Assembly: GCA_965214405.1 (NCBI GenBank)
Contig: OZ243956.1
Location: forward strand, 32,001 to 96,000
Reading direction: 5' to 3'
Length of the DNA stretch: 64,000 nt
Origin: Trueperaceae bacterium
Lineage (GTDB): Bacteria > Deinococcota > Deinococci > Deinococcales > Trueperaceae
Numbering within the stretch: the stretch's first letter is position 1; each line of letters opens with the position of its first letter. The notes under the pieces were generated by a model, which had not been told where the DNA came from, did no database searches, and saw only the letters and a list, made by a program, of their open reading frames with translations. The position numbers were made by a program, and so were the translations under genes. Shown one piece after another: positions 52,789 to 61,006 of this stretch.

Positions 52789-53853
52789 ATCCCGGTCATC
52801 CCACCGTTAGAGGGGCTTACGCTTCTCCACCTTGACGACGATCCCGCGGTGCGGACGCTCGTCAGGGCGTTTTTAGAGCGTCACAATGTTCGGGTAAAAA
52901 GCGCAGCGGACGCAGCTACCGCACGTTCTATTCTAGAAGAAAGTTTACCCGACGTGATTTTATGTGACGTGCTCATGCCCGGCGTGGACGGGCACGCGTT
53001 TCACGAGGCGGTGCGTTCGGTTCCGGCCTGGCGCGGCCTCCCCTTTATCTACGTGACGGCGCTGGGCGGGCACGGGGACTACCGCCGCGGCATGAACAAG
53101 GGCGCGGACGGCTACTTGAGCAAACCCTTTAGCGAGGCCAAACTCTTGAGAGAGATTGGATTTGTGTTGGAGCGCCACCACGCCATCCTGGAGCAACCGG
53201 CGTCCATCACCCTGCTGGGTGGGCAGAGCGTGAGAAAGGGCGCGGCGCTTCTTTCGGCCCCCGACCGGGGTGCGGAAGGGCTGGTGTTCTACCTGCTGAC
53301 GCACCCGGACGGCGCGGCGGGGGTTGCGGTGGACCGCGATACGGTCCTGAGCGAGGTCTGGGGCGGGTTGTCAAAAAGCGGCTTTCGCAGCGTGCTGTCG
53401 CGCGCGCGGCGCTGGAGCGAGCCCTGGGCGGACTGGTCGGTAAACGGCGGCGCGCTCCGGCTTATACCCAAGGCGAGCGTTCGCTGCGACCTTTATGAGC
53501 TCGAGGCCGCCCTCCACGCGCCTAATAGCAGGGACGACGGCAGGGAAAGGGGCACCCTTGGCTCGAGCCGCTTGGCCGCCCTCTACCCCGGCCCGCTGCT
53601 TCCCGCTTATCACGACGCCTGGGCCGAAGAGCGCCGTCACGCGCTTCAAAACCGCGTCAAAGGGGTTTTTCTGGCTCTCGCGGGGGAAGACGTGACGAGC
53701 GCAGCTTACCGTGAGGGCTTGCGGCGCGCGCTCGAGCTTGACCCGTTCGACTTCGCGCTTTGGGAAAGTTATATAAACGCCCTGGAAGCCGCCAATCTCC
53801 AGGAGGAAGCCGCGCGGGCCAGGGGAAAGCGGGAACGGGAACAGTTCGGCTAA
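52789..53853 (+). CDS. Response regulator with receiver and SARP/BTAD-like output domain
   Basis: LLHLDDD, PDVILCDVLMP, ADGYLSKPF; LYPGPLLP..D.W..E.R BTAD motif; start apparently non-canonical ATC 52789. Confidence 0.8.
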   Translation: MPVIPPLEGLTLLHLDDDPAVRTLVRAFLERHNVRVKSAADAATARSILEESLPDVILCDVLMPGVDGHAFHEAVRSVPAWRGLPFIYVTALGGHGDYRRGMNKGADGYLSKPFSEAKLLREIGFVLERHHAILEQPASITLLGGQSVRKGAALLSAPDRGAEGLVFYLLTHPDGAAGVAVDRDTVLSEVWGGLSKSGFRSVLSRARRWSEPWADWSVNGGALRLIPKASVRCDLYELEAALHAPNSRDDGRERGTLGSSRLAALYPGPLLPAYHDAWAEERRHALQNRVKGVFLALAGEDVTSAAYREGLRRALELDPFDFALWESYINALEAANLQEEAARARGKREREQFG

Positions 53854-54266
53854 AACGTTTCAACCGCCGAATTGACTCAGCTCATATCCCCATATTCACC
53901 GAGCGCCTAAACAACCCTTTGAACCGAAAAGGCAGCGCAGCTTGCCCGCGGCAAGAAGGAGGGTGCGGGCGCAGGATTCACATTTTTCCAGCCGCAAGAA
54001 ACGCTGGGTTAGGAAGCGCAAAGAGGAGACTAAACGCCTAGCGCCCGCTCCCACCCGCGGGCGCTACCTTTTCGGCGGTTTATGCGGTTAAATGGAAACC
54101 ATGAGCACAGTTGCCGAGAGGGGTAAAGCGGTTTTCGGAGGTGAGTTTGCCAAGGTAGGCATTACTTTCTAAACTGCGTACCCGTGACGCCGTCCGCTAC
54201 CCGGCGACGGCGACGTATGAGCTAAACCTCGCTCAAAAGGGACGAGACCTGCTATAAAGGAGGAGT

Positions 54267-54593
54267 GTGAACCAGTCAGCGCGCACCAAAACCAGCGTGA
54301 ACGTTTATAAGCATCCGCACGTCGAAGAACTCGAGACCCTCTCGCACAAGGTCCACCTGCTCATGGGGCGCATCGAGCACGACCCCCTCTTGCCCCTCTT
54401 GAAACGGCGCAACCCGTCGATTACCGGGGTGCTCGAGCGGGCGGCGGGGCGCTTAGAGGGAACCACCGAACTCTGCAGCCTTGACGAGGTGAAAGTGGCC
54501 GTTGCCGGATACGAGGGCGTGTTGAGAGAGCTCGAGCGCGTCCGGGCCATCCTCAACGATCTGGGCGTGCGAGGGTCGGCCAAAGGAGCCTAG
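54267..54593 (+). CDS. Small helical hypothetical protein (paralog 1)
   Basis: SD AAGGAGGAG; similar to the next ORF. Confidence 0.7.
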   Translation: MNQSARTKTSVNVYKHPHVEELETLSHKVHLLMGRIEHDPLLPLLKRRNPSITGVLERAAGRLEGTTELCSLDEVKVAVAGYEGVLRELERVRAILNDLGVRGSAKGA

Positions 54594-54594
54594 C

Positions 54595-54852
54595 ATGAAA
54601 CGCAGCAGCGAGTTTGAAACGCTCCTAAAAAGCGTTCACGAACACATAAAAACGATAGAAAACAATCCCGACTGGCCCGAACTCAAAAGGCGCGAGCCCG
54701 CGCTTACGGCGGTGATGACTCGGGCGGAGGAATTCAAGGCGAGCGCGGACCCCCGCAACGAGGAGGAGCTAGACGCGTGTACCGAGGAAGCCCGTACGCT
54801 CGTTGAGGCTTTAGAGGGTTTGCGCGGGCAACTCGCCCAAATGGGCAGCTAG
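54595..54852 (+). CDS. Small helical hypothetical protein (paralog 2)
   Basis: SD AAGGAG; E.ETL...VH.....IE..P..P.LKRR.P..T.V..RA shared with paralog 1. Confidence 0.75.
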   Translation: MKRSSEFETLLKSVHEHIKTIENNPDWPELKRREPALTAVMTRAEEFKASADPRNEEELDACTEEARTLVEALEGLRGQLAQMGS

Positions 54853-54985
54853 CGTTGCAACGTTAGTGTGAACGTCACCGCGATCACCACGCCGAACGTC
54901 ACAGTAAAGGTCACAGTATAACGTCGGTCGTGCGGGCGCGTTTAGCGGCGAGGGAGCTCTCTACAGCCCTTGACCACGTCATCTG

Positions 54986-55582
54986 TTAGTTGAGCTGCGT
55001 CTCGAGCGTGCGCGGTCCCGCCCTCTGTTTATCGACTGGGGGTCGCGCTTCGTCGGGGGTAATGATGGGAGCGAGAAGTGCGTGGACGGTCCTGAGCGCG
55101 TAGCTTTGCCTCTCGGGCAGCCATAAGAGGGGCAGGTCGGCCCCGCGAAAGGCGGCCTCGAGGCGCGCGCGCCGCTTTTCACTCGCTTGTTTATGTATCC
55201 CGGACGGGTGTTCGGACTCCAAATTGATGGCGCAAAGCACGGACAAGTCGCTCGCCCGGCAGACGACGTAGTCCACCTGACCCTGTAGAAGCCGCCGCGC
55301 ACGCCTCCCAAAGAGGCCGGGTCCGAGCTCTAAAACCTCGGCCACGCGCACCTTGCCGAAAATACGGTAGTTGCTCCCCAGGGCTTTGTCGAGCGCACCC
55401 AAAAGAGCACGTTCGGTGGGCGAAAAAAAGATCGTCCTCTGGACGCGTAGTCCCTTTGGCACCTTGGACGCTCTTGACAAGAGCGCCACAATACCGACGA
55501 CCAGAAGCAGGGCCACGACGAGCGCGGTGAGGAGCGCGGCGGGCAGAAAAAAGGAGGATTCGGCAAAGCGTGTAACGTCCAC
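54986..55582 (-). CDS. DUF2726 domain protein
   Basis: N-terminal TM; SPTERA, IFGKVRVAEVL, VDYVVC. Confidence 0.8.
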   Translation of the reverse strand: MDVTRFAESSFFLPAALLTALVVALLLVVGIVALLSRASKVPKGLRVQRTIFFSPTERALLGALDKALGSNYRIFGKVRVAEVLELGPGLFGRRARRLLQGQVDYVVCRASDLSVLCAINLESEHPSGIHKQASEKRRARLEAAFRGADLPLLWLPERQSYALRTVHALLAPIITPDEARPPVDKQRAGPRTLETQLN

Positions 55583-55866
55583 GGGAGTCCTTTCACGAAG
55601 AGAACGGAGCTGGCGTTAAGATGAAAGTTCTCTTAGAAAGAGTGTGCAACAGTCTCACGGTTTTGTCTGTGAGGAGTTAGCTGAGGCCTCCGTTCACGGC
55701 TTCACAAGCATGACTCACGCCTTGACCGTGCTAAGGTAGACGCCTACAAAAACTTGGAAGCTCCGTTACGGCTGGTTAACATGCTCGAGACCCCCTCACT
55801 ACCCTCTAATGCTCACACCACACCTGAGCAGAGCCTTCTTTGTGGCTCGTTTAAGTTGGCGGCCGC

Positions 55867-58800
55867 GTGAGCCGTACTCTTGGCAAGGCGCAACGGCTCA
55901 CCGAACTGCTCGAGCTTCTCAAGCTCAAAGCCTGGACGAGCCGCGAACTCGCGGAACGCTTCGGGGTGCCCATCCGCACGGTTCAGCGCGACCTAGACAC
56001 GTTACGCGAGAGCGGGCATGGGGTCGCAACCTCAGAGGATTTCCGCCACCGCCTCACGCCGACGGGTTCGTCGCTTAACGCCGTCGAAGGACTCGCAGTT
56101 CACGCGGCGGTAAGGCTCTTGTACCACCACTCACCTACCCAGAACCGGTATTACCGCTCGGCTTTGGAGAAGCTGGCGGCGCTGCTGCCCGAACCTGCCA
56201 GGGGAATCGCGGCGGCGAGTGCGCAAGACCTGAAAGTGCGCCCCGGTGACGACCGGACTTTGGAGTTGGTCGCGCGGGCCTGGTTCGAGGGCAAAGTTCT
56301 GCGGTTCAAGTACCTCGCCCCGGATAGTTTTGAACCTGCCTGGCGCGAGTTGGAAACATATCTGCTCGAGGTCAGCCGCACTAACTTGGCCCTTTACGCC
56401 ATCGGTCAGGAGCGCACGTTCAACCAGGTGCTCACCTTCAAATTGTCCCGTATGAGCGATGTTCGTGTTTCGGACGATGCCTACGCCATCCCTGAAAGCT
56501 TTGCGCCGAGCGAATACTTGAGCGCTGCTTGGGGCGTGATGGGTGGGCAAGGGGACAAGGTGGCTAAAGTGCGCTTGCGCTTTGAGCCCGAAGCCGCCTC
56601 CCGCATCAAAGAGGGCGGCTATCCCAATTTGAGGGTAGAGAGGGAACTAGCGGACGGCTCGCTCGAGGTCGAAATCAAAGCAGGCACCGACAACACGGGC
56701 TTTCCAAAAGAACTCCTCCCCTGGGTACAGAGCTGGGGGCCACGGGTCGATGTTCTTGCGCCCAAGGCGCTGCGCGAACGCTGGCTGAGCGAGGCCGGTG
56801 CCGTCGCGTTGAGGCACCCTCACTTAAAAACGAGGCTCGCGTCACTAGATGACGCACCCAAAGGACAGACTGAACCTATGACGAATCTTTCAGCGAAGGC
56901 GGCGGCCCTGTGGGCCAAGAGTGGTGAAGACGAGCAGGGCTATAGCCTCGTGGGACACTTGTTGGACGTGGCGGCGGTGGCGCACGCCCTGCTCGAGCGC
57001 GAACCCCCGCAGACCCTGCGGCTTTACGCGGAGGATGTGGGGCTCGAGCCCGGCGACGCTAAGAAATGGATAGCGGCACTGGCGGGCTTACACGACATCG
57101 GCAAGGCGACCCCGGCCTTTCAGCGGCAGTGGGAACCGGGACGGCTGGTGGTCGAGGCAGCGGGGCTTACGTTTAGCAAGGGCGACAAGGGCACCGCACA
57201 CGGAAAACTCTCGCAGAAAATCTTGCAAGACGAGCTCAAAATCTACGGTTTAGGTAAGAGGCTCGCCGCTCAAGTTGCCGACGCCGTAGGCGCACATCAC
57301 GGTCTGCGAACCGCGAAGGGCGACTTGTCAGACAACGTCGTTCCGCAACAAGACATGGGCAACAATGCGTGGCAAGAAACCCGGCAAGAGCTGCTAACCG
57401 AGTTTCTAAAGGCCGTAGAAGTCGTTCAAATCTCACCCCCGATCACCGCCGCACTCACGGGCCAGGGCTTTATCCGATTAGCAGGCTTGACCAGCTTTGC
57501 CGATTGGATTGGCTCGACAGTTGACTTTTTTCCTACCGACCGCAAAGTAGAGAATTTGAGAGAGCACTTTCTCGACTCGTTGCTAAGGGCGCGCAAGGCC
57601 CTGAACGCGATAGGCTGGGAGCGCCGCGAGCCTTTAGCGGCGGAACCTCGAGCCTTCAACACCATCTTTCCTTTTGAGCCCAACGGTCTTCAAAAGCAAA
57701 TCGTCAACCTTGTCGAGCAAACGCGTGAACCCTCTCTTCTCATCGTCGAAGCGCCGATGGGGGAAGGAAAAACGGAGGCTGCCTTCTACGCCCACGTCAC
57801 TTTGCAACGGCAGTTGGGGCACCGAGGCTTGTACGTGGCGCTGCCCACGCAGGCAACGGGTAACGCCATGTTTGAGCGCACCAAAAACCTTCTCAGCACC
57901 TTCGAGCGCGACACGCCACCCGACTTGCAGCTTTTACACGGCTCGAGCCTGCTCAACGACGCTTACGCCACCATCCAAATCAAGGATGTAGATGGAGTGG
58001 ACAACACAGAGAGCGAGGTGTGGGCCAGAACCTGGTTCACCAGCAAAAAGCGGGCGCTGCTTTCGGAAAACGGGGTGGGCACGGTTGACCAGGCGCTCCT
58101 CAGCGTTCTAAACATCAAACATCAATTTGTGCGCCTGTGGGGATTGGGTAACCGCACGGTTGTTTTGGATGAAGTCCACGCGTATGAGCTTTACACGAGC
58201 AAGCTCATTGAGCGCCTAGTCTGCTGGCTGCACGCGCTCGGCTCGTCGGTCATCATCATGAGCGCGACGCTGCCCACCGCCAAACGACTAGATTTAGTCA
58301 AAGCCTTTGGCGGCGGCGCGGCCGAGGAGCCCGTCTCTTACCCACGCATCACGCAGGTGCTGGGCGGAGAGACCAAGGAGGTTTCGTTCTCGGTGAGAGA
58401 GCAGAAGCCTATGAGCTTGAAAAGGGTCAGCCTAGATCTCGAGACGGTAGCAAACCTTCTCACAGGCTTGATGACGGACGGCGGTTGCTCGGTGGCTATT
58501 CTAAACACGGTGCAGCGGGCGCAAACTCTTTACAGCCTGTTTGGGGAGGGTGAAGGTCTTGAGGCCGGAAAGCGTTTACCCGACGGCACCGAGGTCTATC
58601 TGTTCCACGCCCGTTATCCGGCGGAGGAGCGGAAAAAGCGGGAGGAGGCGGTGCTGGGGAAGTTCGGCAAGGGCGGAGAGCGCCCAGCCAAGGCCATTCT
58701 CATCGCCACGCAGGTGGTTGAGCAGAGTTTAGACCTTGATTTTGACGTGATGGTGAGCGACTTAGCGCCCGTCGATTTGCTCTTGCAGCGTGCCGGACGG

Positions 58801-59556
58801 ATGCACCGCCACGAGCGCGAACGTCCCGCCGCCCACGCGTCGCCCGTCCTTTACGTGGCAGGGCTGACCGACGCCGAGACGCTACCGGATGTCAGCAGCG
58901 AATACTTCGATTGGGTTTACGAAGCGTTCACGCTTTACATGACGTGGTGGACCTTGGCTGATAAGGAAGTTATTGCGTTACCTGAAGACTTTGAGCCGCT
59001 TATCAAAGCCGTATACGGCGAAACCGATTTTACGGCGCTGCCGGATTTCGCCCGTGAGGTGGTTGAGCAAAGCCGCGCGGACCAGGAAGGAGAAGCCGAC
59101 ACCCACAAGCGAAAAGCTGTCAGCTCAGCTAACGTGATACCTCTGCCAAACATCTACCCGACCACCGACGGCGTCAGTTCGGTTGTCAAGAGCGAGGACG
59201 ACGAAGACCCCAGCCTTCACGAGCACTACCGGCCCGCGACGCGTCTGGGCGATCCCAGCGTCACGGTCATCCCCTTACATAAAAAGGATGACAAGCTTTA
59301 CCTCGAGCCCTCCTACGAAACCGAAATCGTGTTGAACAAGGAACCCTCATGGCAAGCGGCGAGAACCCTCTATCTGCAACACCTCAAGCTGAGCCGTAAA
59401 GGTCTTGTGTTCGAGCTTGTTAAATATCCAGTACCCGCTTGGCAGAAGCAACCGCTGCTGCGTTACTGCTTCCCGCTCACTTTTGAGGAGAGGGTGGCAG
59501 TGGTTGGGAAATTGACCCTTCGCTATGACGATGCGCTAGGGATTGTGTATGGGTAG
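55867..59556 (+). CDS. cas3: HTH-WYL-WCX regulator fused to type I-E Cas3 (HD nuclease + SF2 helicase)
   Basis: N-terminal ELAERFGV..RTVQRDL HTH and TFKLSRM WYL motif; from aa 338 LWAKS..HLLDV, HDIGK, HHG, ADW, APMGEGKT, DEVH, SAT, QRAGR. Confidence 0.93.
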   Translation: MSRTLGKAQRLTELLELLKLKAWTSRELAERFGVPIRTVQRDLDTLRESGHGVATSEDFRHRLTPTGSSLNAVEGLAVHAAVRLLYHHSPTQNRYYRSALEKLAALLPEPARGIAAASAQDLKVRPGDDRTLELVARAWFEGKVLRFKYLAPDSFEPAWRELETYLLEVSRTNLALYAIGQERTFNQVLTFKLSRMSDVRVSDDAYAIPESFAPSEYLSAAWGVMGGQGDKVAKVRLRFEPEAASRIKEGGYPNLRVERELADGSLEVEIKAGTDNTGFPKELLPWVQSWGPRVDVLAPKALRERWLSEAGAVALRHPHLKTRLASLDDAPKGQTEPMTNLSAKAAALWAKSGEDEQGYSLVGHLLDVAAVAHALLEREPPQTLRLYAEDVGLEPGDAKKWIAALAGLHDIGKATPAFQRQWEPGRLVVEAAGLTFSKGDKGTAHGKLSQKILQDELKIYGLGKRLAAQVADAVGAHHGLRTAKGDLSDNVVPQQDMGNNAWQETRQELLTEFLKAVEVVQISPPITAALTGQGFIRLAGLTSFADWIGSTVDFFPTDRKVENLREHFLDSLLRARKALNAIGWERREPLAAEPRAFNTIFPFEPNGLQKQIVNLVEQTREPSLLIVEAPMGEGKTEAAFYAHVTLQRQLGHRGLYVALPTQATGNAMFERTKNLLSTFERDTPPDLQLLHGSSLLNDAYATIQIKDVDGVDNTESEVWARTWFTSKKRALLSENGVGTVDQALLSVLNIKHQFVRLWGLGNRTVVLDEVHAYELYTSKLIERLVCWLHALGSSVIIMSATLPTAKRLDLVKAFGGGAAEEPVSYPRITQVLGGETKEVSFSVREQKPMSLKRVSLDLETVANLLTGLMTDGGCSVAILNTVQRAQTLYSLFGEGEGLEAGKRLPDGTEVYLFHARYPAEERKKREEAVLGKFGKGGERPAKAILIATQVVEQSLDLDFDVMVSDLAPVDLLLQRAGRMHRHERERPAAHASPVLYVAGLTDAETLPDVSSEYFDWVYEAFTLYMTWWTLADKEVIALPEDFEPLIKAVYGETDFTALPDFAREVVEQSRADQEGEADTHKRKAVSSANVIPLPNIYPTTDGVSSVVKSEDDEDPSLHEHYRPATRLGDPSVTVIPLHKKDDKLYLEPSYETEIVLNKEPSWQAARTLYLQHLKLSRKGLVFELVKYPVPAWQKQPLLRYCFPLTFEERVAVVGKLTLRYDDALGIVYG

Positions 59557-59596
59557 CTTTACCCAGAAGCCTTGTTATGGTTGCTGTGCAAGCGCG

Positions 59597-59635
59597 GAAG
59601 TTAGCCTTGACTAACCTCCCTATTTCGACTACTAT
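59597..59635 (+). promoter_or_regulatory. TA operon promoter with overlapping inverted-repeat operator
   Basis: TTGACT 59607-59612, N17, TACTAT 59630-59635; IR GGAAGTTAG-N6-CTAACCTCC over the -35. Confidence 0.6.
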
Positions 59636-59650
59636 GCTATCGAGGACGTA

Positions 59651-60010
59651 GTGAGCTCTACGCCGTACATCGTTTACGAGTACGAGGACGAAAATGGTTA
59701 CTCCGAGTTTCGGGAGTGGCGCAAGGCGCTTAGACGCTCCAATCCTAGAGCTTCTGCGAAAGTCGATTGGCTCATCGCGCTGCTCGAGGACAAAGGTACA
59801 ACACTGTCGTTTCCCTACGTCAGTCATATAGACGGGCCGATTTATGAACTGCGCGGTAAAACCGGACGTAACACCGTACGCATTTATTACTGGCAACAGG
59901 ACAAAGAGGTATTCATCGCCGCCGCGGGCGAGGTGAAGCAGCAGAACCAAGCTGACCGCAAGCTTATTAGGAAAGCTTTGGCAGCTTACGAGGAATATAA
60001 CAAGGAGTAA
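59651..60010 (+). CDS. RelE/ParE (HigB/Gp49-like) toxin
   Basis: L...G..L.FPY..HI.G.IYELR....VRI.Y pattern; toxin-first gene order. Confidence 0.85.
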   Translation: MSSTPYIVYEYEDENGYSEFREWRKALRRSNPRASAKVDWLIALLEDKGTTLSFPYVSHIDGPIYELRGKTGRNTVRIYYWQQDKEVFIAAAGEVKQQNQADRKLIRKALAAYEEYNKE

Positions 60011-60014
60011 CGCC

Positions 60015-60410
60015 ATGCCAAAACGTCCCTTGAAACGAGCGAGCGACCTAAGCCAAGAGTTTTTGCAAGACCCCGGTTACGCTGCTCTATACCGTGAGGT
60101 CGCTAACGAAGAGATTGGAGCGGCGCTGCGCACAGTGCGCGAGGCTAAGGGGTTAAGCCAGCGTGAGGTTGCCGAGCGCATGGGCGTGACGCGTCCACGT
60201 GTGTCGCAGATTGAAAGTGTCGAGGGTACGGCGTTGGCGCTCGAGGTGCTCAGCCGCTACGCCCGCGCGGTAGGGTGCCGCCTCGACATCACTTTGAAAG
60301 ACGCCGAGACCAACCATGAGGTTGCTGCGCTGTTTGTACCAACGCTCGAGGCTACCGCGCCAAAACCGCCCGGCGCGGAGCCTTATGAAAAAGCAGAGGG
60401 GGTAGCCTGA
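60015..60410 (+). CDS. XRE-family HTH antitoxin (HigA-like)
   Basis: LRTVREAKGLSQREVAERMGVTRPRVSQIE. Confidence 0.88.
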   Translation: MPKRPLKRASDLSQEFLQDPGYAALYREVANEEIGAALRTVREAKGLSQREVAERMGVTRPRVSQIESVEGTALALEVLSRYARAVGCRLDITLKDAETNHEVAALFVPTLEATAPKPPGAEPYEKAEGVA

Positions 60411-60465
60411 AAGATAGTTCCGCACCACGTAGGCACAACGGTTATGGGTAGAATGAGTTTGAAAC

Positions 60466-60555
60466 ATTTTCCCTACACGCGTGGGGATGAACCTTAGTAA
60501 TTCCACCTGTGGACGTAATAGTGAATATCCTCCCCACACCAGTGGGGCTGCGGTT
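60466..60555 (+). CRISPR. Single-spacer mini-array of type I-E-like repeats (crRNA-like regulatory RNA)
   Basis: Repeat ATTTTCCCTACACGCGTGGGGATGAACCT (60466-60494), 32-nt spacer (60495-60526), repeat ATCCTCCCCACACCAGTGGGGCTGCGGTT (60527-60555); both hairpins preserved; -10 TAGAAT at 60449-60454. Confidence 0.85.
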
Positions 60556-60562
60556 GGTGGGT

Positions 60563-60623
60563 AAGTAGTAATTCCACCTGTGGATGTAAAGCCTTGACTC
60601 CGATACTGTCCCGTGTGTATAGT
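60563..60623 (+). promoter_or_regulatory. Promoter overlapped by the mini-array target (AAG PAM + protospacer)
   Basis: AAG 60563-60565, protospacer 60566-60597, TTGACT 60594-60599, N18, TATAGT 60618-60623. Confidence 0.75.
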
Positions 60624-60776
60624 GAAAAAGCGTGGCTGGGGCCTACCGCGAAATAGTCACCCCACCACGCCTCAAGGGACATGCCCTCTGAATCCGATTT
60701 TACCTTAGCTTTGGCACAAATTCAAAGGGCGTCCACTTTAACGTAGGGAGGTTTCCACCTCTCGGACGGGAGTAAC

Positions 60777-60962
60777 GTGTTAGACCTCGAGGACACCACC
60801 TACCAAGCGTTTAGGGACAGCCTGTATCAGGTTGACGAGCGAGACCGCGCCGTGCTGTGGGAGTTCTGGCCCCACTTTCAATCGGCTTTGAACTCTCGAC
60901 ATGGAGAGTGGCAGAAGCTGACGTTAACGGGCTCGCTCGATGACGACGATGTAGACCGTTAA
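60777..60962 (+). CDS. Small acidic orphan protein (61 aa), candidate CRISPR-repressed effector
   Basis: SD GGGAG, GTG start; lies between the targeted promoter and a terminator. Confidence 0.6.
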   Translation: MLDLEDTTYQAFRDSLYQVDERDRAVLWEFWPHFQSALNSRHGEWQKLTLTGSLDDDDVDR

Positions 60963-60967
60963 CCGTG

Positions 60968-61001
60968 GTGAGGCGCATCCCGCGCCTCACTTCTTTATTT
61001 T
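60968..61001 (+). terminator. Intrinsic terminator
   Basis: GTGAGGCGC-ATCCC-GCGCCTCAC followed by TTCTTTATTTT. Confidence 0.85.
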
Positions 61002-61006
61002 GGCGA

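Noticed and set aside
60414..60441. Possible third CRISPR repeat ATAGTTCCGCACCACGTAGGCACAACGG upstream of the mini-array
   Set aside because: Hairpin broken, spacing gives only ~24 nt instead of 32, and the interval holds the likely -10 of the mini-array promoter
60753..60768. TTCCACCTCTCGGACG as a second target of the spacer
   Set aside because: No seed match, no AAG PAM and needs a gap; explained by a local hairpin
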